Shown: positions 41,108 to 54,509 of the stretch, in pieces
Layout of the letters: each line of letters starts with the position of its first letter
Numbering within the stretch: position 1 is the first letter of the stretch
Assembly: GCF_009914755.1 (NCBI RefSeq)
Contig: NC_060929.1
From: the human T2T-CHM13v2.0 reference genome, Homo sapiens
Strand: one strand, 5' to 3'
Length of the DNA: 64,000 nt
Position numbers and translations under genes: made by a program
The notes under the pieces: model-generated
Told to the model about the DNA's origin: nothing
Databases searched by the model: none
What the model saw: only the letters and a program-made list of their open reading frames with translations

Positions 41108-41990
41108 AAACAAATTTACAAGAAAACACCAAACAACCCTATCAAAAGGTGGGAAAAGGATATGAACAGACACTTCTCAAAAGAAGACATTTATGTGGCC
41201 AGCAAACATATGAAAAAAAACTCATCATCACTGGTCACAGAGAAATGCAAATCAAAATCACAATAATATACCATCTCATGCCAGTTAGAATGGCGATCAT
41301 TAAAAAGTCAGGAAACAACAGGTGCTGGAGAGGAGGTGGAAAAATAGGAACACTTTTACACTGTTGGTGAGAGTGTAAATTAGTTCAACCATTGTAGAAG
41401 ACAGTGTGGAGATTCCTCAAGGATCTAGAATCAGAAATACCATTTGACCCAGCAATCTCATTACTGGGTATATACGCAAAGGATTATAAATCATTCTACT
41501 ATAAAGACACATGCACGTGTATGTTTATTGCAGCACTATTCACAATAGCAAAGACTTGGAGACAACCCAAATGCCCATCAATGACAGACTAGGTAAAGAA
41601 AATTTGGCACATATACACCATGGACTACTATGCCGCCACAAAAGGGAATGAGTTCATGTCCTTTGCAGAGACATGGATGAAGCTGGAAACCATCATTCTC
41701 AGCAAACTAACAAAGGAACAGAAAACCAAATACTGCATGTTCTCACTCGTAAGTGGGAGTTGAACAATGAGAGTACATGGGCACAGGGAGGGGAACACCA
41801 CACACCAGGGCCTGGTGGGGGTGGGGAGTAAGGAGAGGGATAGCATTAGGAGAAATACCTAATGTAGATGATGGGTTGATGGGTACAGCAAACCACCATG
41901 GCACATGTATACCTATGTAACAAACCTGCACGCTCTGTGCATGTACCCCAGAACTTAAAGTATAATTTAAAAAAAAAAGAAAAAGAAAAA
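41108..41990 (+). mobile_element. 5'-truncated L1PA7/8-like element
   Basis: ORF2 C-terminus (WRFLKDLESEIPFDPAISLLGIY...CTCMFIAALFTIAKTW) and 3'UTR ending 'gtaccccagaacttaaagtataatttaaaaaaa'. Confidence 0.95.
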
Positions 41991-42089
41991 TGATATTAAG
42001 TAATAATTATTATACCAACTTATAATACTACATTAATATATTGGAATATTTATAGATTATTTTATACTATATTCATTTATGTAATAATA

Positions 42090-42260
42090 ATAAACTTTTT
42101 GTGCTTACAGTGCCAGGTACTGTAATAAACACATTTACTTGACTACCTAATTTCTCATAAGCAACCTAAAACGAAGGTGTTATCATTACATCACTTTCCA
42201 TATGAAGACATTTAGGTTTAGAGAAGTTAACTTACCAAAGTCACTTAGCTATAGTACTTC
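42090..42260 (-). mobile_element. MIR fragment
   Basis: 'gtgccaggtactgtaataaacacatttac..ttctcataagcaaccta..ggtttagagaagttaacttaccaaagtcac'. Confidence 0.75.
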
Positions 42261-42329
42261 ACGTCTCTGATTATGTCACAACCTCAAACACAAACACATA
42301 CTCATTACCTTCCACTCCTCACTCTACCA

Positions 42330-42816
42330 CATAAAACACATTTAATGCTTATTGCGGTTCCTAAGATAAAATGGAAAATCCTAGTCACCTCTCCCTCTGT
42401 AGTCTTCATGAGCCAGCCATACCACTGGTTTTTAGTTCCTTAAATGCTCCATGGTCCCTTGCACCATAGGAACCTGCACATTCTGTCCCTTCTGTTTGGC
42501 ATATAGCCTCCCTTCCCTGAACCCTCCCTACCAGTACATGCCTTCATACATCATGTACCTCTCCCTCAGGACACATCACTATTCATAACACAATGTAGTT
42601 CTCCTCCATCATACTCATCATTACAGAGATTTAATACATTTTTTGTGTAATTTTACATGAATATGTGTGGTTTTAATTAACATCTATCTCCAATATTTTA
42701 TTGAAAGCTCCATTGTGGAAGAAGTATAATTTTTATTAAGTACTATATCTGAGACATTTGCTTTCATAGTATCTGGCCTATATTAGGCATTCAATAAATA
42801 ATTATTGAATAAATAA
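42330..42816 (+). mobile_element. L2 3' end
   Basis: Ends 'catagtatctggcctatattaggcattcaataaataattattgaataaataaa', the typical L2 terminus. Confidence 0.75.
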
Positions 42817-44352
42817 ACTTATGGAAAAGTAAACTATGTGGGTGCAAAGTTCCAAATAACTTTTGGTGGACAACCAACATGCTAGAGTCACGAGCAGTAG
42901 TTCTAGACAAGAATCCAATCAATCATGCAGTTGGGCATGGTTTATTTTTCTTTATATTCCCAGAGCCTACCACAATGACTTCACACAGAAGTATTCAATT
43001 AATGCTTACTGAAGGAACACATCACCTCTATTAGGTCTGTTTCTTGCTTACATTTAAATCCATAGCAAGAGACCACTATAAGAAGGCTGAGTTACTTGGA
43101 AACATCAATTTCCCTGACAGGCGGACAGAAATCTGAAAACATCTGCCCTGGATACGAACGCTTCAGGAAGTTTACATTCTAATTAAGCAGTTAATGCATG
43201 TTTATTAACTACTGTAAAAATATTTCATCATAAGCTCAACAATCCCCCTTTCTTTGAAAGAGCAAAGAGCACACAAAAAACAAAACACAAAACAAAAACA
43301 TGTAGATCTTGTTTTTGTTTTCTGTTGTATTATTTTTATCTTCCCAAAGTGCTGTCATTTTAATTCTAACTGATCTGTATTTGAAATATAGAATACTTTT
43401 AAATCTCACCAAGATCATTTTAATACCTGTGTTATTTTTAAGATTCTTTATCACATCATGTTACTATGAATGGAGAAGTCCTAGGGTTGATGATTGTATT
43501 AAAGAAAGACACTCGTCATATAAGCATAAAGCTATGGCAGTGAAAGTGGAAGCTAAAGCTATTGCCCCATTGATGACACCCATAATTCCTGCTCAGACCA
43601 AGGTTCTGTTTCACCAATGGAAAGACAGGAAAGGAGGGAAGATGTAACAGATAGATAGATAGAAATTGATTTATCTCCAAGGCAAGTTTGCAGATAAACT
43701 GAGTTATATATTACAAACCGATGTACGAAGCATAGTTCTGGCATTAAGAGTTGGATTCAACCCCTAAGCTTCCAATAGCACTTCAATGTCAACAAAAGCA
43801 AAAATGAACAAGTGGAATTAAACTAAAAACAAAACTTCTGCAAAGTCAAGGAAACAATCAACAGAGTGAAGAGATAAGCTATGGAATGGCAGAAAATAAC
43901 TGGAAACCATATATTCAGTAAGTGGTTAATATTTAAAATATGTAAGAAACTCATACAACTTAATATCAAATAAAACCAAACAAGAACAAAACACAAGAAC
44001 ACCAAAAAAGGGGAAAAAACCCAAGTAACCCAAGTAAAAAGTCAACAAAGGAACTGAATAGACATTTTTCCAAGGAAATCACACAAATGGCCAACAGACA
44101 AGTATACGAAAATGTTCACAACATCACTAATCATCAGGGAAATGCAAATCAAAACTACAGGTATTAACTCATACTTGTCAAGATGCATATTAAAAAAGAC
44201 AAAATACAAAAGATAAGTGTTGATGGGGATATGGAGAAAAGGGAATGCTTATACATTATTGGTGAAAATGTAACTTGGTATGTCTACTATGAAAAATAGT
44301 ATGGAAGTTCCTCAATAAATTAGAAATAGAACTACCATATGATACGGCAATT

Positions 44353-44439
44353 GTATTAGGTTGGTGCAAAAGTAATTACAGTTTTTGCAATTACTTAAAA
44401 AAACTGCAAAAATTGCAATTAGGTTTGCACCAACCTAAT
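44353..44439 (-). ncRNA. MIR548F3: microRNA precursor mir-548f-3 (MADE1-derived hairpin); mature 3p AAAAACUGUAAUUACUUUU at 44368-44386
   Basis: The minus strand reads AUUAGGUUGGUGCAAACCUAAUUGCAAUUUUUGCAGUUUUUUUAAGUAAUUGCAAAAACUGUAAUUACUUUUGCACCAACCUAAUAC (87 nt). This matches my recollection of the miRBase entry and is on the same strand as the host-gene exon at 59118-59365. Confidence 0.82.
44356..44438. mobile_element. MADE1 (Hsmar1/mariner-derived MITE) with TA target-site duplication
   Basis: ta-TTAGGTTGGTGCAAA...TTTGCACCAACCTAA-ta terminal inverted repeats. Confidence 0.97.
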
Positions 44440-45559
44440 ATTTTGAGTACATATTCAGAAGAAATAAAATCAGTATGCCAAAAATATCTGCACTCCCAAT
44501 CTCTGGGCATTTTAACACTTTAAGTAACTGATCTAAGCCAATGATCCAACCCATTTATTTAAACTCAATTATTTCACAAAGGCTCAATAAATAGAAGCCC
44601 ATCTCTGAAGAACCATTCAATGTTCTTTATTTCTGTGCAGCTAACAACTGTGACCAGCAATGCTGACAATCAACATTTTCTTTCATACTATGTCTTATCA
44701 CCATACCCCCGAAATACATGTCTGGCATAGTCAAAACCAGAAATGAATTGCTTTTTAATTAAATAACTAGAAGCAGGAAGGGAAACATAAAATAACCAAA
44801 AAGGAAATCATCATGAACCCGTATGTTCTCTTGAAAAGTTGCCAGCAGCAATTCATAGCTTAAAAAAAAGCACAAAAATGTAAACCTTCCACTTATTATT
44901 TATCACAATCTTACTAAGAATTAAATATTATATTCTAAAGAAAATAAATATTTTAGAACATCTAGTAAATTATGGAACAAAAGGATAAGGAACTGACATG
45001 TCCAGGCTCTTTATCTACCTTCTTTTTCTATATCCTCAGGACAAAGCTTAGAGCAATGTATAGCTTTTTAATTTTTAAAGATCAGAAGCCTAAGGCTCAG
45101 AGAAGTTAAGTAACTTACTTTAAATCAATCAGAAAAAAAACCTATAAAATAAGCATATTTCACATAGTCTGAAGGAGGCACAGACTTTTTACATTTTTTT
45201 TCCTTCATGAAACAGAACAAGACAGATTGGTTTAAGACATTTTACTTAGGCATCCTAGGGGCACGGTCAAGCCCAGACAATATTAAGTTAAGAGGCCAAG
45301 TCTATTTTGGGGGCCCTCTTCTATTTAAACTCTCTCTATATGTACTTACTAGACTTACTAGAAAGTGACTCTTCTTTGATATAAATTTCCTAAAATTAAG
45401 TAGAGAGGTTCAAGGCCTAGAAAAAATAAGTTCACTAATGAAAATCAAGTTCTAAAAATCATACGGCAGAAATTGAAAAAGAATTGTTTGAACATATTTT
45501 TAAACAATTGCTCAAGGCTTAGGTATCAGATAAAGTTCATATGAGGGAGAAGAAAACAG

Positions 45560-45745
45560 CACAGTGAACACAAGAGTCAGAATGCCTTTGTTTAAATTCA
45601 AATTTCTGAACTTATGGTTGCAAATCCTTGGACTAATTAACCTCATCAAAACTCAATATCCATGTCTATAAATGAAGGAAATAATCATAACTCCATCTAA
45701 GGGTAGTACTTCACATAGTGCCTTGCTTATAAAATGCACTCATGT
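45560..45745 (+). mobile_element. MIR fragment
   Basis: 'gagtcagaatgcctttgtttaaattc..ccttggactaattaacctc..tctataaatgaaggaaataatcataac'. Confidence 0.7.
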
Positions 45746-46481
45746 GGTGTGGCAAACAAAATTGATCATCTTGGATTGTCTGGCAAAATGCTACCTAGAA
45801 CTGAGGGTCTTAAGAATCTCCCACTTTGTGGAGTTTCTTCTCCTAAACCCAACTTCCCAATGATTCAATGCTTTCTTTACAACCATTAAGAGCACCTCTT
45901 AAGGCCTCCAGGTTCTGGGCAGCTGGCATTTCCATCATCCCGTCCCTTAGATGATACCTAACTGATTCATGATGGTTTGATAACTGAGCCAAAAACATTT
46001 CTCCACTGAAAAGGAGTTTACACTCTTATAAGAAGGTAGAGTAGCAGTCAGGCACTATCCCTTTGAAATACAAACCCAATGAATGTCCAAATGCTTCCCC
46101 AAACTCCAGCACCCCTAATCAATGGGATAATTCAAAATGTAAACCATGTACTTCTTTCTGCTAACGGTTGACTTCTAAGCCTCTCCAGTAAAGCCTATTC
46201 TTAACCTATTTCATGGGGCATTATAGCACTTACCTTTCCCATCTTTGCACCATTCAGTAAATGTTAGCTACTCCTGCTTCTACTACTACGGCACCAGCTC
46301 CTTTTATAAAGGAAGCTGCAGAGGAGGAGCACTAGCCTTGGGTATGCCCTTCCTGTAAAGTCAGCTGTGTAAAATCTTCTGCCTAAATGACAACAAATGT
46401 TCTCAGTTCATTCTTACTAGCACTACCTGGGCTTTCTTCCAGGTGCTAGTTTGATGAATATTCTTTAACATAAAAATTTGA

Positions 46482-46780
46482 GGCCGGGCACGGTGGCTCA
46501 CGCCTGTAATCCCAGCACTTTGGGAGGCCAGGGCGGGCGGATCACGAGGTCAGGAGGTCGAGACCATCCTGGCTAACACGGTGAAACCCAGTCCCTACTA
46601 AAAACACAAAAAATTACCCGGGCGTGGTGGCAGGCACCTGTAGTCCCAGCTACTCAGGAGGCTGACGCAGGAGAACGGCGTGAACCTGGGAGGCGGAGCT
46701 TGCAGTGAGCCGAGATCGCGCCACTGCACTTCAGCCTGGGCAACAGAGGAAGACTCTGTCCCCCGCAGCCCAAAAAAAAA
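46482..46780 (+). mobile_element. AluY
   Basis: Diagnostics 'accatcctggctaacacggtgaaacc' and 'ggagaacggcgtgaacctgggaggcggagcttgcagtgagccgagatcgcgcc'. CpG-rich. Confidence 0.96.
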
Positions 46781-48419
46781 ATTTTTTTTGAACAAACTAA
46801 GCATGAATAAAGTTTTGTTAATGTTCTCCTAGTCTTTATACATATGCAAATAATTAGTTGTTTATAAGATTTTAGAGATTCGAGGCATAAGCTTAGAAAA
46901 TACACTTATGAGAAACCTCAGAAGTAACAAAGTATAGATGTGGGAATTGGGTTTTTAAAATTTGATCTTCATAGTTCTAAATTCTCAGCCTTAAGGTAAA
47001 CTTGAGATCGTTTTACTGACAAATAGAGAAAAGAGAAATACTATGCTTTGAAGTAGAACTATTACATACCTATTTTTTTGGTCTACAACTTTTATGATAA
47101 AGAACCATAATGATTTTTTCATATTTTTAAAAAAATGCTGAGGGGCAAAAAGAGCATGCATCCAACAACATGTTCCACCAGCTTAAAGAAAAGTAAAAAA
47201 CATTCAACATACAAAAGCAAAATGATCAATTTTCTTCTGAAAAATTACATAAAGAAAAAAAGTCAAACCTGCAAGCCATTCAGAGCAAAACATGTGTTCA
47301 TAGACAAATTAAAGACAAAATTATTTTTAAAAATAATCTATAGGCTAAAAACACAAGGAAATTTTTTTTGGAAAAAATTATGGGTCATAAGATGTAGCAG
47401 ATACTTCATTAACAAGGAAGTTCTCATCTCCTCCTTTCTAGAAAATTTTCAGATTTTCACACTGAAACAAGCATGCTCTAGTCCTCCCAGACAATAAAGA
47501 AACATTGTCTTAATTTTCCTGTTCTCTGCCCTTTTAAATGTGCCCCACCTTCTATAGGAGTCCTTATATGTTGGCTTCTTGCCGTCTTTCACATTTCCAC
47601 TTGTTGAAAACACAAAATGGAGATATATAGGCACGCTAAATGAGGAATCGGTGATGTGGTACTATGAATAAAGACCTTTCAGGGATGAAAAAGAACTGTA
47701 TGATTTAAATTATGTCTTTGTATTTAGACCTGTGGGGTTTCAGCATGCTCAGGTGTTGATTCACTCTATTAATTCGATTTGGGAGCCTAGAAGCTGGAGG
47801 AGAAGAACTAACAAAAGGAGCTAGCTATGGAACTTTTCTTTAGACGGAGAATCAAGCAAAAGGATGAAACACAATTTCCTGAAGTTAATGTTTAGTCAAC
47901 CAGAGAAATTTCTTCAATGCATAGCTTAGATTTAAATTTGCTTTTACACAACTTATAAAAAAGCAGGTATAATCCATACTCCTAATAAGACAGAAAATAC
48001 TGTTTAGCCAGGCCTGATCTAGGCTTGCCTTGTTGTCACCAAGCTGTAGCTCCATTCCACTCACCTCTGTTTTACCCAGAGATTAGCCCCTAACTGGAGC
48101 TGACAGTATGCACAACTGCAGGGAGTCACATTCACATAGACTATGTGAATGGTGCAGTGGGAATGCTGCTCCATGAAACAACACTGAGGTAACTCTTGCT
48201 AGAGGAAGTCTCAGCTTGCTGTGCTGCTGAAACATTCTCATTTGGGGAGGAGACATTCTAAATTTAATTGCTGGAGTCTGCAATGAACTGTGAAAAACTG
48301 GATAAGCAGATAGCATTTTTTCTAAGACCAGTGATGTATGATTGCCATTTATTTAATGAACTGCAGGCTCTGAAAGAGAAGTTTAATTTACTAATCCCTC
48401 AAAGCCTACAGGACTTTTT

Positions 48420-48648
48420 GGGTCTTAACCCCACCTGCTCCTTTTTTGTCTCACTCTTCTCTAACTTTGCATATTGTCTTTCCCTTCTCCCTAACCCTGT
48501 GCACATCCTTTTATTTGTACCTTTCATCCTCAGTATGTCTCTTCCCTCATATCTTTTCTCTTTCCTTTTGTTATCTTTCAACTTTATTTCTGCTTATTGC
48601 TCTTATTTCTCCATTTGCTATTTTTTCACATATTTCCTCTATGTCTAC

Positions 48649-48679
<31 letters not shown>

Positions 48680-48835
48680 CTCTTTCATCTCTTGTGTCCC
48701 AGCAGGCACTATTGATCTCCATCTGGCTTTTTATCATCATCTGTATACACTTTCCCTTGCTTTTTCTTAATCTGCTTTTGTTAACATTGATTTTTTTTCT
48801 ATTTTTCCAGTTTATTTTTTGCTATTCCTTTCTTC
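48420..48835. repeat. Pyrimidine-rich low-complexity tract including (CT)n at 48648-48685
   Basis: Read directly. Confidence 0.8.
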
Positions 48836-49902
48836 AACTGTCCATGACACAAAACCAAAGTACACTTCAATATCCTCTCTGTGGCTCCAGACAAATTATT
48901 CTTCCATGTCTGTCCTTCGGAATACACAGAATGCATCTGGAGACTCTACATTCCAATACCCAGGCCACTTAGAACTGACATTTTCATTGTATCTTGATTG
49001 TGTTACAATTTAACAAAAATGTATGAAATACACTAAAGTATTTTTGCAATATTTATTTCTGCACACAAGACTACTAAAGCCAGCCTGTGTGATCCTTAAC
49101 CCCAAATCTATATGTCTTCCTCACTGATTTTAGAATTCTTGAAAAAAAAATGCTTAAAACGATTTCAAAACTCAAGCATTTTTCTGTTGACCATTTGTGT
49201 ACACAAAGGAAAGCCTGCCCACCAGGCTTGCTGCACTCAATTATTACAGCTGCAATAAAGTTTGCCTTTTGGCAGCAACACTCATATGATTTTGGAACTT
49301 AAATAATGATTTAGACAAATGCCAAGGAAGAAACTTTCCCACATGATTTAGCACCTTCTTCAAGAAATTAGAAAATGAACCACAAAATAGACCAAAGAAG
49401 TAACAAACTCATATAAATAAGCACAAAAATATATGAGTTAGAATCTAGAAGCTGGTGCATTGAAAAAAAAAACACATAAAATAGATTTAGCATCTAGCTA
49501 AACTAGCTAAGGTGAATAAAAAGAAAAAAATTCAAATACACAAAATAAGAATTGGTTAAGGGCAGAATAATACAGAAACAGAAATAATTACAGGACCACA
49601 ATGGACTACGTTGTTCAATTATGGCCAAATAAATTCTGAAAAATGGGATGAAATAAATAATATTCAAAGAAAATATAATTTTTAAAAATTGACTTAAGAA
49701 AGAGAAAGATCTAAATAGACTGATATTCAGGATTGATATTCTAGATGATTTTAAGGCAGGACTTCCAACAATCAAAACAGAATGTAGCCGTACATGTGCA
49801 TTTGGGCTGAATATCAATCTTGTCAACAGCCATGGGAAAAATAAAAATTTGACAAAGAATTACCTTAGAAGAAGCATAAGGTACTGATGATTAATGTTCG
49901 AC

Positions 49903-50561
49903 ATCACTATTCATCAGAGAAATTCAAATTAAAATGACAATGAGATATCATCTCATCCCACGTAAAATGGCTTCTATTCAAAAGACAGGTAATGATGAAT
50001 GTTGGTGAGGATGTGGAGAAAGGGGAACACTTGTGGATTGTTGGAAGAAATATAAATTAGTACAGCCACTACGGAGAACAGTATGGAGGTTCCTCAAAAA
50101 AACAAAAACAAAACCACTGTATGTTTCATCAATCCCACTGTTGGGCATATACCCAAAAGAAAGAAAATCAGTATATCAAAGGAATATTGCACTCCCATGT
50201 TTATCACAGCACTGTTACAATAGCCAAAATTTGGAATCAACCCAAATGTCCATCAATAGATGAACAAATAAAGGAAATGTGGTATATATACACAATGTAA
50301 TATTATTCACCTATAAAAATGAATGAAATCCTGTCATTTGCAACAACATGGAGGGAACCGGAGGATATTATGTTAAATTAAATAAGCCAGGCCAGAAAGA
50401 CAAATACTACATGTTCTCATTCATATTCAGAAGCTGAATAAATATTGAACTCATGGAGATGGAGAATAGAATGATGGCTACTAGAAGTCAGGAGGAGTAG
50501 TGAAGAGTGAAGAGGGAGGGAGGGATAAAGAGAAGAGGGTTAATGGTTTTATATATTTATG

Positions 50562-50592
<31 letters not shown>

Positions 50593-50850
50593 GATTAGGT
50601 AGGAGGAGTAAGATCTGATGTTCAGTAGCACAATAGGGTAACTACAGTTAATAATTTATTGTATATTTCAAAATAAAAGGGTGGAGTTGGAATGTTCCTA
50701 ACAGAAAGAAATGACACATTATTAGAGTGACAGATACTCTAATTACTCTGATTTGATCATTACATATTGTATGCTTGTTTTAAAATATCACACATACTCC
50801 ATTAATTATGTACAGCTAGTATGTATTCATAATAATTAAAAATTTAAAAA
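49903..50850 (+). mobile_element. L1MA (MA2/3-like) 3' portion with an internal (TA)n(GA)n
   Basis: ORF2 C-terminus (VQPLRRTVWRFLKK..IPLLGIYPKERKSVYQ) and 3'UTR 'gtagcacaatagggtaactacagttaa..ctgatttgatcattacatattgtatgcttgt'. Confidence 0.9.
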
Positions 50851-51099
50851 GAGGGAATTCTACCATAGCTTCAAAGAGTAGATCATTCTGAACTTCTGAA
50901 ATTATTTTAGAACACAGAAAAAAAAGAAAACTTCCAAAGAATAACAATGATAGCAAAACGTGACAAAGATTAAAAAAGACATACACAATTATAAACAAAT
51001 ATTACTTAAGACTACTGATGAAAAATTTCTAGATCAATCATTAACAAGAGGATCTAACAGGACACTATTAGACTATTATATAATAATTAAGAAGAGTTT

Positions 51100-51722
51100 T
51101 GTTCCATCCTGTATTGCTGCTTGAGAAACATCCCAAAATTTAGTGACTTAAAATAATAATGGGCTGGGCATGGTGGCTCATGCCTGTAATCCCAGCACTT
51201 TGGGAGGCCGAGGCGGGTGGATCACCTGAGATCGGTGGTCGAGACCAACTTGACCAACATGGAGAAACCCCATCTCTACTAAAAATACAAAATTAGCCAG
51301 GCATGGTGTCGTATGCTTATAATCCCAGCTGCTCAGGAGGCTGAGGCAGGAGAATCTCTTGAACCCAAGAGGCAGAGGTTGTGGTAAGCCAAGATCGCAC
51401 CATTGCACTACAGCCTGGGTAATAAGTGCAAAACTCCATTTCAAAAAATAATAATAGAATAATGATCTGCTGTTCCAATTCTGTGGGTGAGGAATTTGGG
51501 TAGGGCTCACTGGGGATTGCTAATCTACACACTAAACAGTATTGGCTGAGCTCATTCATGCGGGTGCATTAAGCTGAGAGCTGGGCTGGGCTGTATGGTC
51601 CAAGATGGCGTCCTAGTATGTCTAAGGCCTTGTTGTGGGCTGCCAGCTGGGGCACTGATTCTTTTCTATGTGGCCTTTCTCTTCAGGTGACCTCTCATCC
51701 CCCAAGACCTTTCTCTCTCATG
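51100..51722 (-). mobile_element. MaLR LTR (MLT1H/J-like) interrupted by an Alu
   Basis: 'attgctgcttgagaaacatcccaaaatttagtgacttaaaataa' continues after the Alu as 'aattctgtgggtgaggaatttgggtagggctcactggg..tccaagatggc'. Confidence 0.75.
51162..51455 (+). mobile_element. AluSp-like
   Basis: Diagnostic 'tgaccaacatggagaaacccc' and short linker 'ctactaaaaatacaaaattagcc'. Confidence 0.95.
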
Positions 51723-54195
51723 GAATACCCTGATGATTACTGACATTGAACATTGTCATATACACTTACTGCCAATTGTATGTCTTCTTTAGAAAACTAT
51801 CTATTCAAGTTTTTAACCTATTTTTAGTAGACCTGAGAGTTTTTTTGGCTATGGAATTGAAGGAATTCCTTATATATTTGGAAATTAAACCTTTGTCATA
51901 TATATGGTTTGCAAATATTTTCTCCTAATCTGTAGGATGACTTTTAACTTTGTTGATTGTTTATTTTGCTTTGCATTAGACTTTCAGTTTGATGTAGTCT
52001 AATTGTTTTTGTCACCCGGAGTTTTGGTGTCATATTCAAGAAAACATTGTAAAGATCAACGTCAAGAAGTTTTCCTCCTTTGCTGCTTTCTAGGATTTTT
52101 AGAGTTTCATGTCTTACTTAATTTAAGTCTTTAATCCATTTGGATCTGCTTTTTGTGCTTGGTGTAAGAGTTCAATTTCATTCTTACACATGTGGATATC
52201 CAGCTTTCCTAGCACCATTTATTGAAGAGAATCTTCTTTCTCTGTTATATATTCTTGGAAACCTTGTCAATGGTCAATTGACCATTTATTTCTGGTCATG
52301 AATTTATTTCTGGTCCCTCTATTCTGTTTCATTTAGCCTATACATCTGTCTTTATGCTAATACCATACTCTTTTAATTATGGTAGCTTTGTAATGTATTT
52401 TGAAATCAGAAAGTGTGATGCCTACAGGTATATTCTTCCTTCTCAAGATTGATTTGGCTATTCACAATCTTTTGTGTTCCCATATGAATTTCAGAATTGT
52501 TATTTCTATTTATTTAGAAAATGCCATTGTGATTTTGATTGCATTGAATCTGTGAACATTTTAGCAAGATTCTTTCAACACATGAATACAAAATGCCATT
52601 CATTTATGTATTCTTTATTTCACCAAGGTTTTGTAGTTTTCAATCTAGAAGTCTTTTACATCCTTATTTAAGTTTATTTCCAAGTATTTTATTCTTTTTC
52701 ATACTATTGTAAATGTAACTGTTTTCCTAATTTATCTATCGTATAGCTCACTGTTAGTGTACAGATATGTAACAGATTTTATTTGTTGACTCTGTATCCT
52801 GCAACTTTACTGAATTCATTTATTACTTCTAACAGTTTTTTGGTGGAGTCTCTAGGGTTACATATATATAAGGTCATATCACCTGAAAACAGGGACAGTT
52901 TTACTTCTTACGTTCTGATATGGATGCCTTTTATTTTTTCTTGTCTAATTATTCAAGCTAGGACTTCTTGTTTTGAACAGAAATAGCAAGAATGGAATCC
53001 TTGTATTATTTCTGATCTTAGGGGGAAAACATTCAGTTTTTCACTATCGAGTATGATGTTAGCTGTGGACTTTACATATATGGCCTTTATTATGTCGAGG
53101 TATATTCCTTTTATTTCTAAATTTGGTGACAGTTTTTATCATAAAATGGTGTTGAATATTGTCAAATGCCTTTTCAGCACCTGTTGAGATTATTACGTAA
53201 TTTTTATTTTTCATTCTGTAAATGTAGTATATAACATTAATTGATTTTTGTATGTTGAACCGTCCTCCTTGCATCGCAGGGATAAAACCCCTTTAGTCAT
53301 GATGTATGATTATTTTAAGATGCTTCTGGATTCTGTTTGTTACTATTTTGTTGAGGATTTTTGCATCTATATTCATAAAAGTTATTGGTGTATAATTCTC
53401 CTGTGGTGTCTTTGTCTGGCTTTGGTATCAGGATAAAGCTGGTCACTTAAACTAGTTGGAAGCTTTCCCTCCTCTTCAATTTTTGGAGGAGCTTGAGAAA
53501 TGTTGGCTTTAATTGTTCAGATGTTTAGTAGGATTCACCAATGAAGCTACTGGGCAAGGGCTTTTCATCACTGGGAAGTTTTTTATTTACTGATTCAATC
53601 TCCATAGTAGTTATAAGTATGTTCAGACTTTGTATTACTATATAATTTAGACTTGGTAGGTTTTATGTTTCTAGGAATGTATCCATTTCTTCTGGGTTTT
53701 CCAGTTTATTGGCATGTAATTGTTCATAGGTGTCTCTTATGATCCTTATATTTCTGTGGCATCAACTGTAGCGTCTCTTCTTTCATTTCTGATTCATTTT
53801 CATCTTCTCTCCCTTTTCTTAGAATACCAAGAGGTTGACAATTTCACCTTTTAAAAAAACTAACTTTTGACTCTTTCTTTGTTTTGAAAATCATCTATTT
53901 CCTTTATTTCTGCTCTAATCTTGTTATTTCTTTCCTTCTGCTAACTTTGAGCTTAATTTTTTCTTCTTTTTCTAGGTCCTTGAGGTGTAAATTTAGGTTG
54001 TTTATTTGAGATTTTTCTTTTTTAATGCATTTAACAAAAATAAATATCCCTCTTAGTACTGCTTTTGCTCCATCCATAAGTTTTAGTATGTTTTGTTTTC
54101 ATTTTCATTTTACTCAAGGTATTGCCTAATTTTAAAAAAATTATTCTTTGAAACAAGGGCTTCTCAAAAGTGTGTTGTTTACTTTCTACATAAAG

Positions 54196-54490
54196 ACCTG
54201 GAATGGCGAATCATGCTTATAATCCCAGCAGTTTGGGAGGTAAAAGGAGGAGAACTGCTTGAGCCCAGGAGTTTGAGACTACCCTGGGCAATATAAGTAG
54301 GCCCTGTCTCTACAAAAATAAATTTTTTAAAAAACCTAGCTGAGTGTAGTGTCATGCACCTGTGGTCCCAGCTACTCAGGAGGTTGAGGTGGGAATATTG
54401 CTTGAGCCCAAGAGGTCAAGGCTGCAGTGAGTCATGTCTGCCACAGAACTCTAGCCTGGGTGACAAAGACTTGGTTTAAAAAAAAAAAAA
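54196..54490 (+). mobile_element. AluJ-like
   Basis: 'gcttgagcccaggagtttgagactaccctgggcaatata..gaggtcaaggctgcagtgag'. The host TSD ttctacata at 54184 recurs at 55004, after the second Alu. Confidence 0.92.
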
Positions 54491-54509
54491 GGGGGGGGGG
54501 GGGCGGGGG

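Larger units (their letters stand above)
43785..44500 (+). mobile_element. L1MA-type ORF2 C-terminal fragment, interrupted by MADE1
   Basis: 'aaactaaaaacaaaacttctgcaaagtcaaggaaacaatcaacagagtgaagaga', 'catcactaatcatcagggaaatgcaaatcaaaac' and 'aatagaactaccatatgat'. Confidence 0.88.

Noticed and set aside
48268-48972. 234-aa hydrophobic ORF, the longest in the track, resembling a membrane protein
   Set aside because: It arises from a CT-rich low-complexity tract that lacks stop codons (F/L/S-rich, includes SLSLSLS from (CT)n). It has a non-ATG start and is antisense to the host gene.
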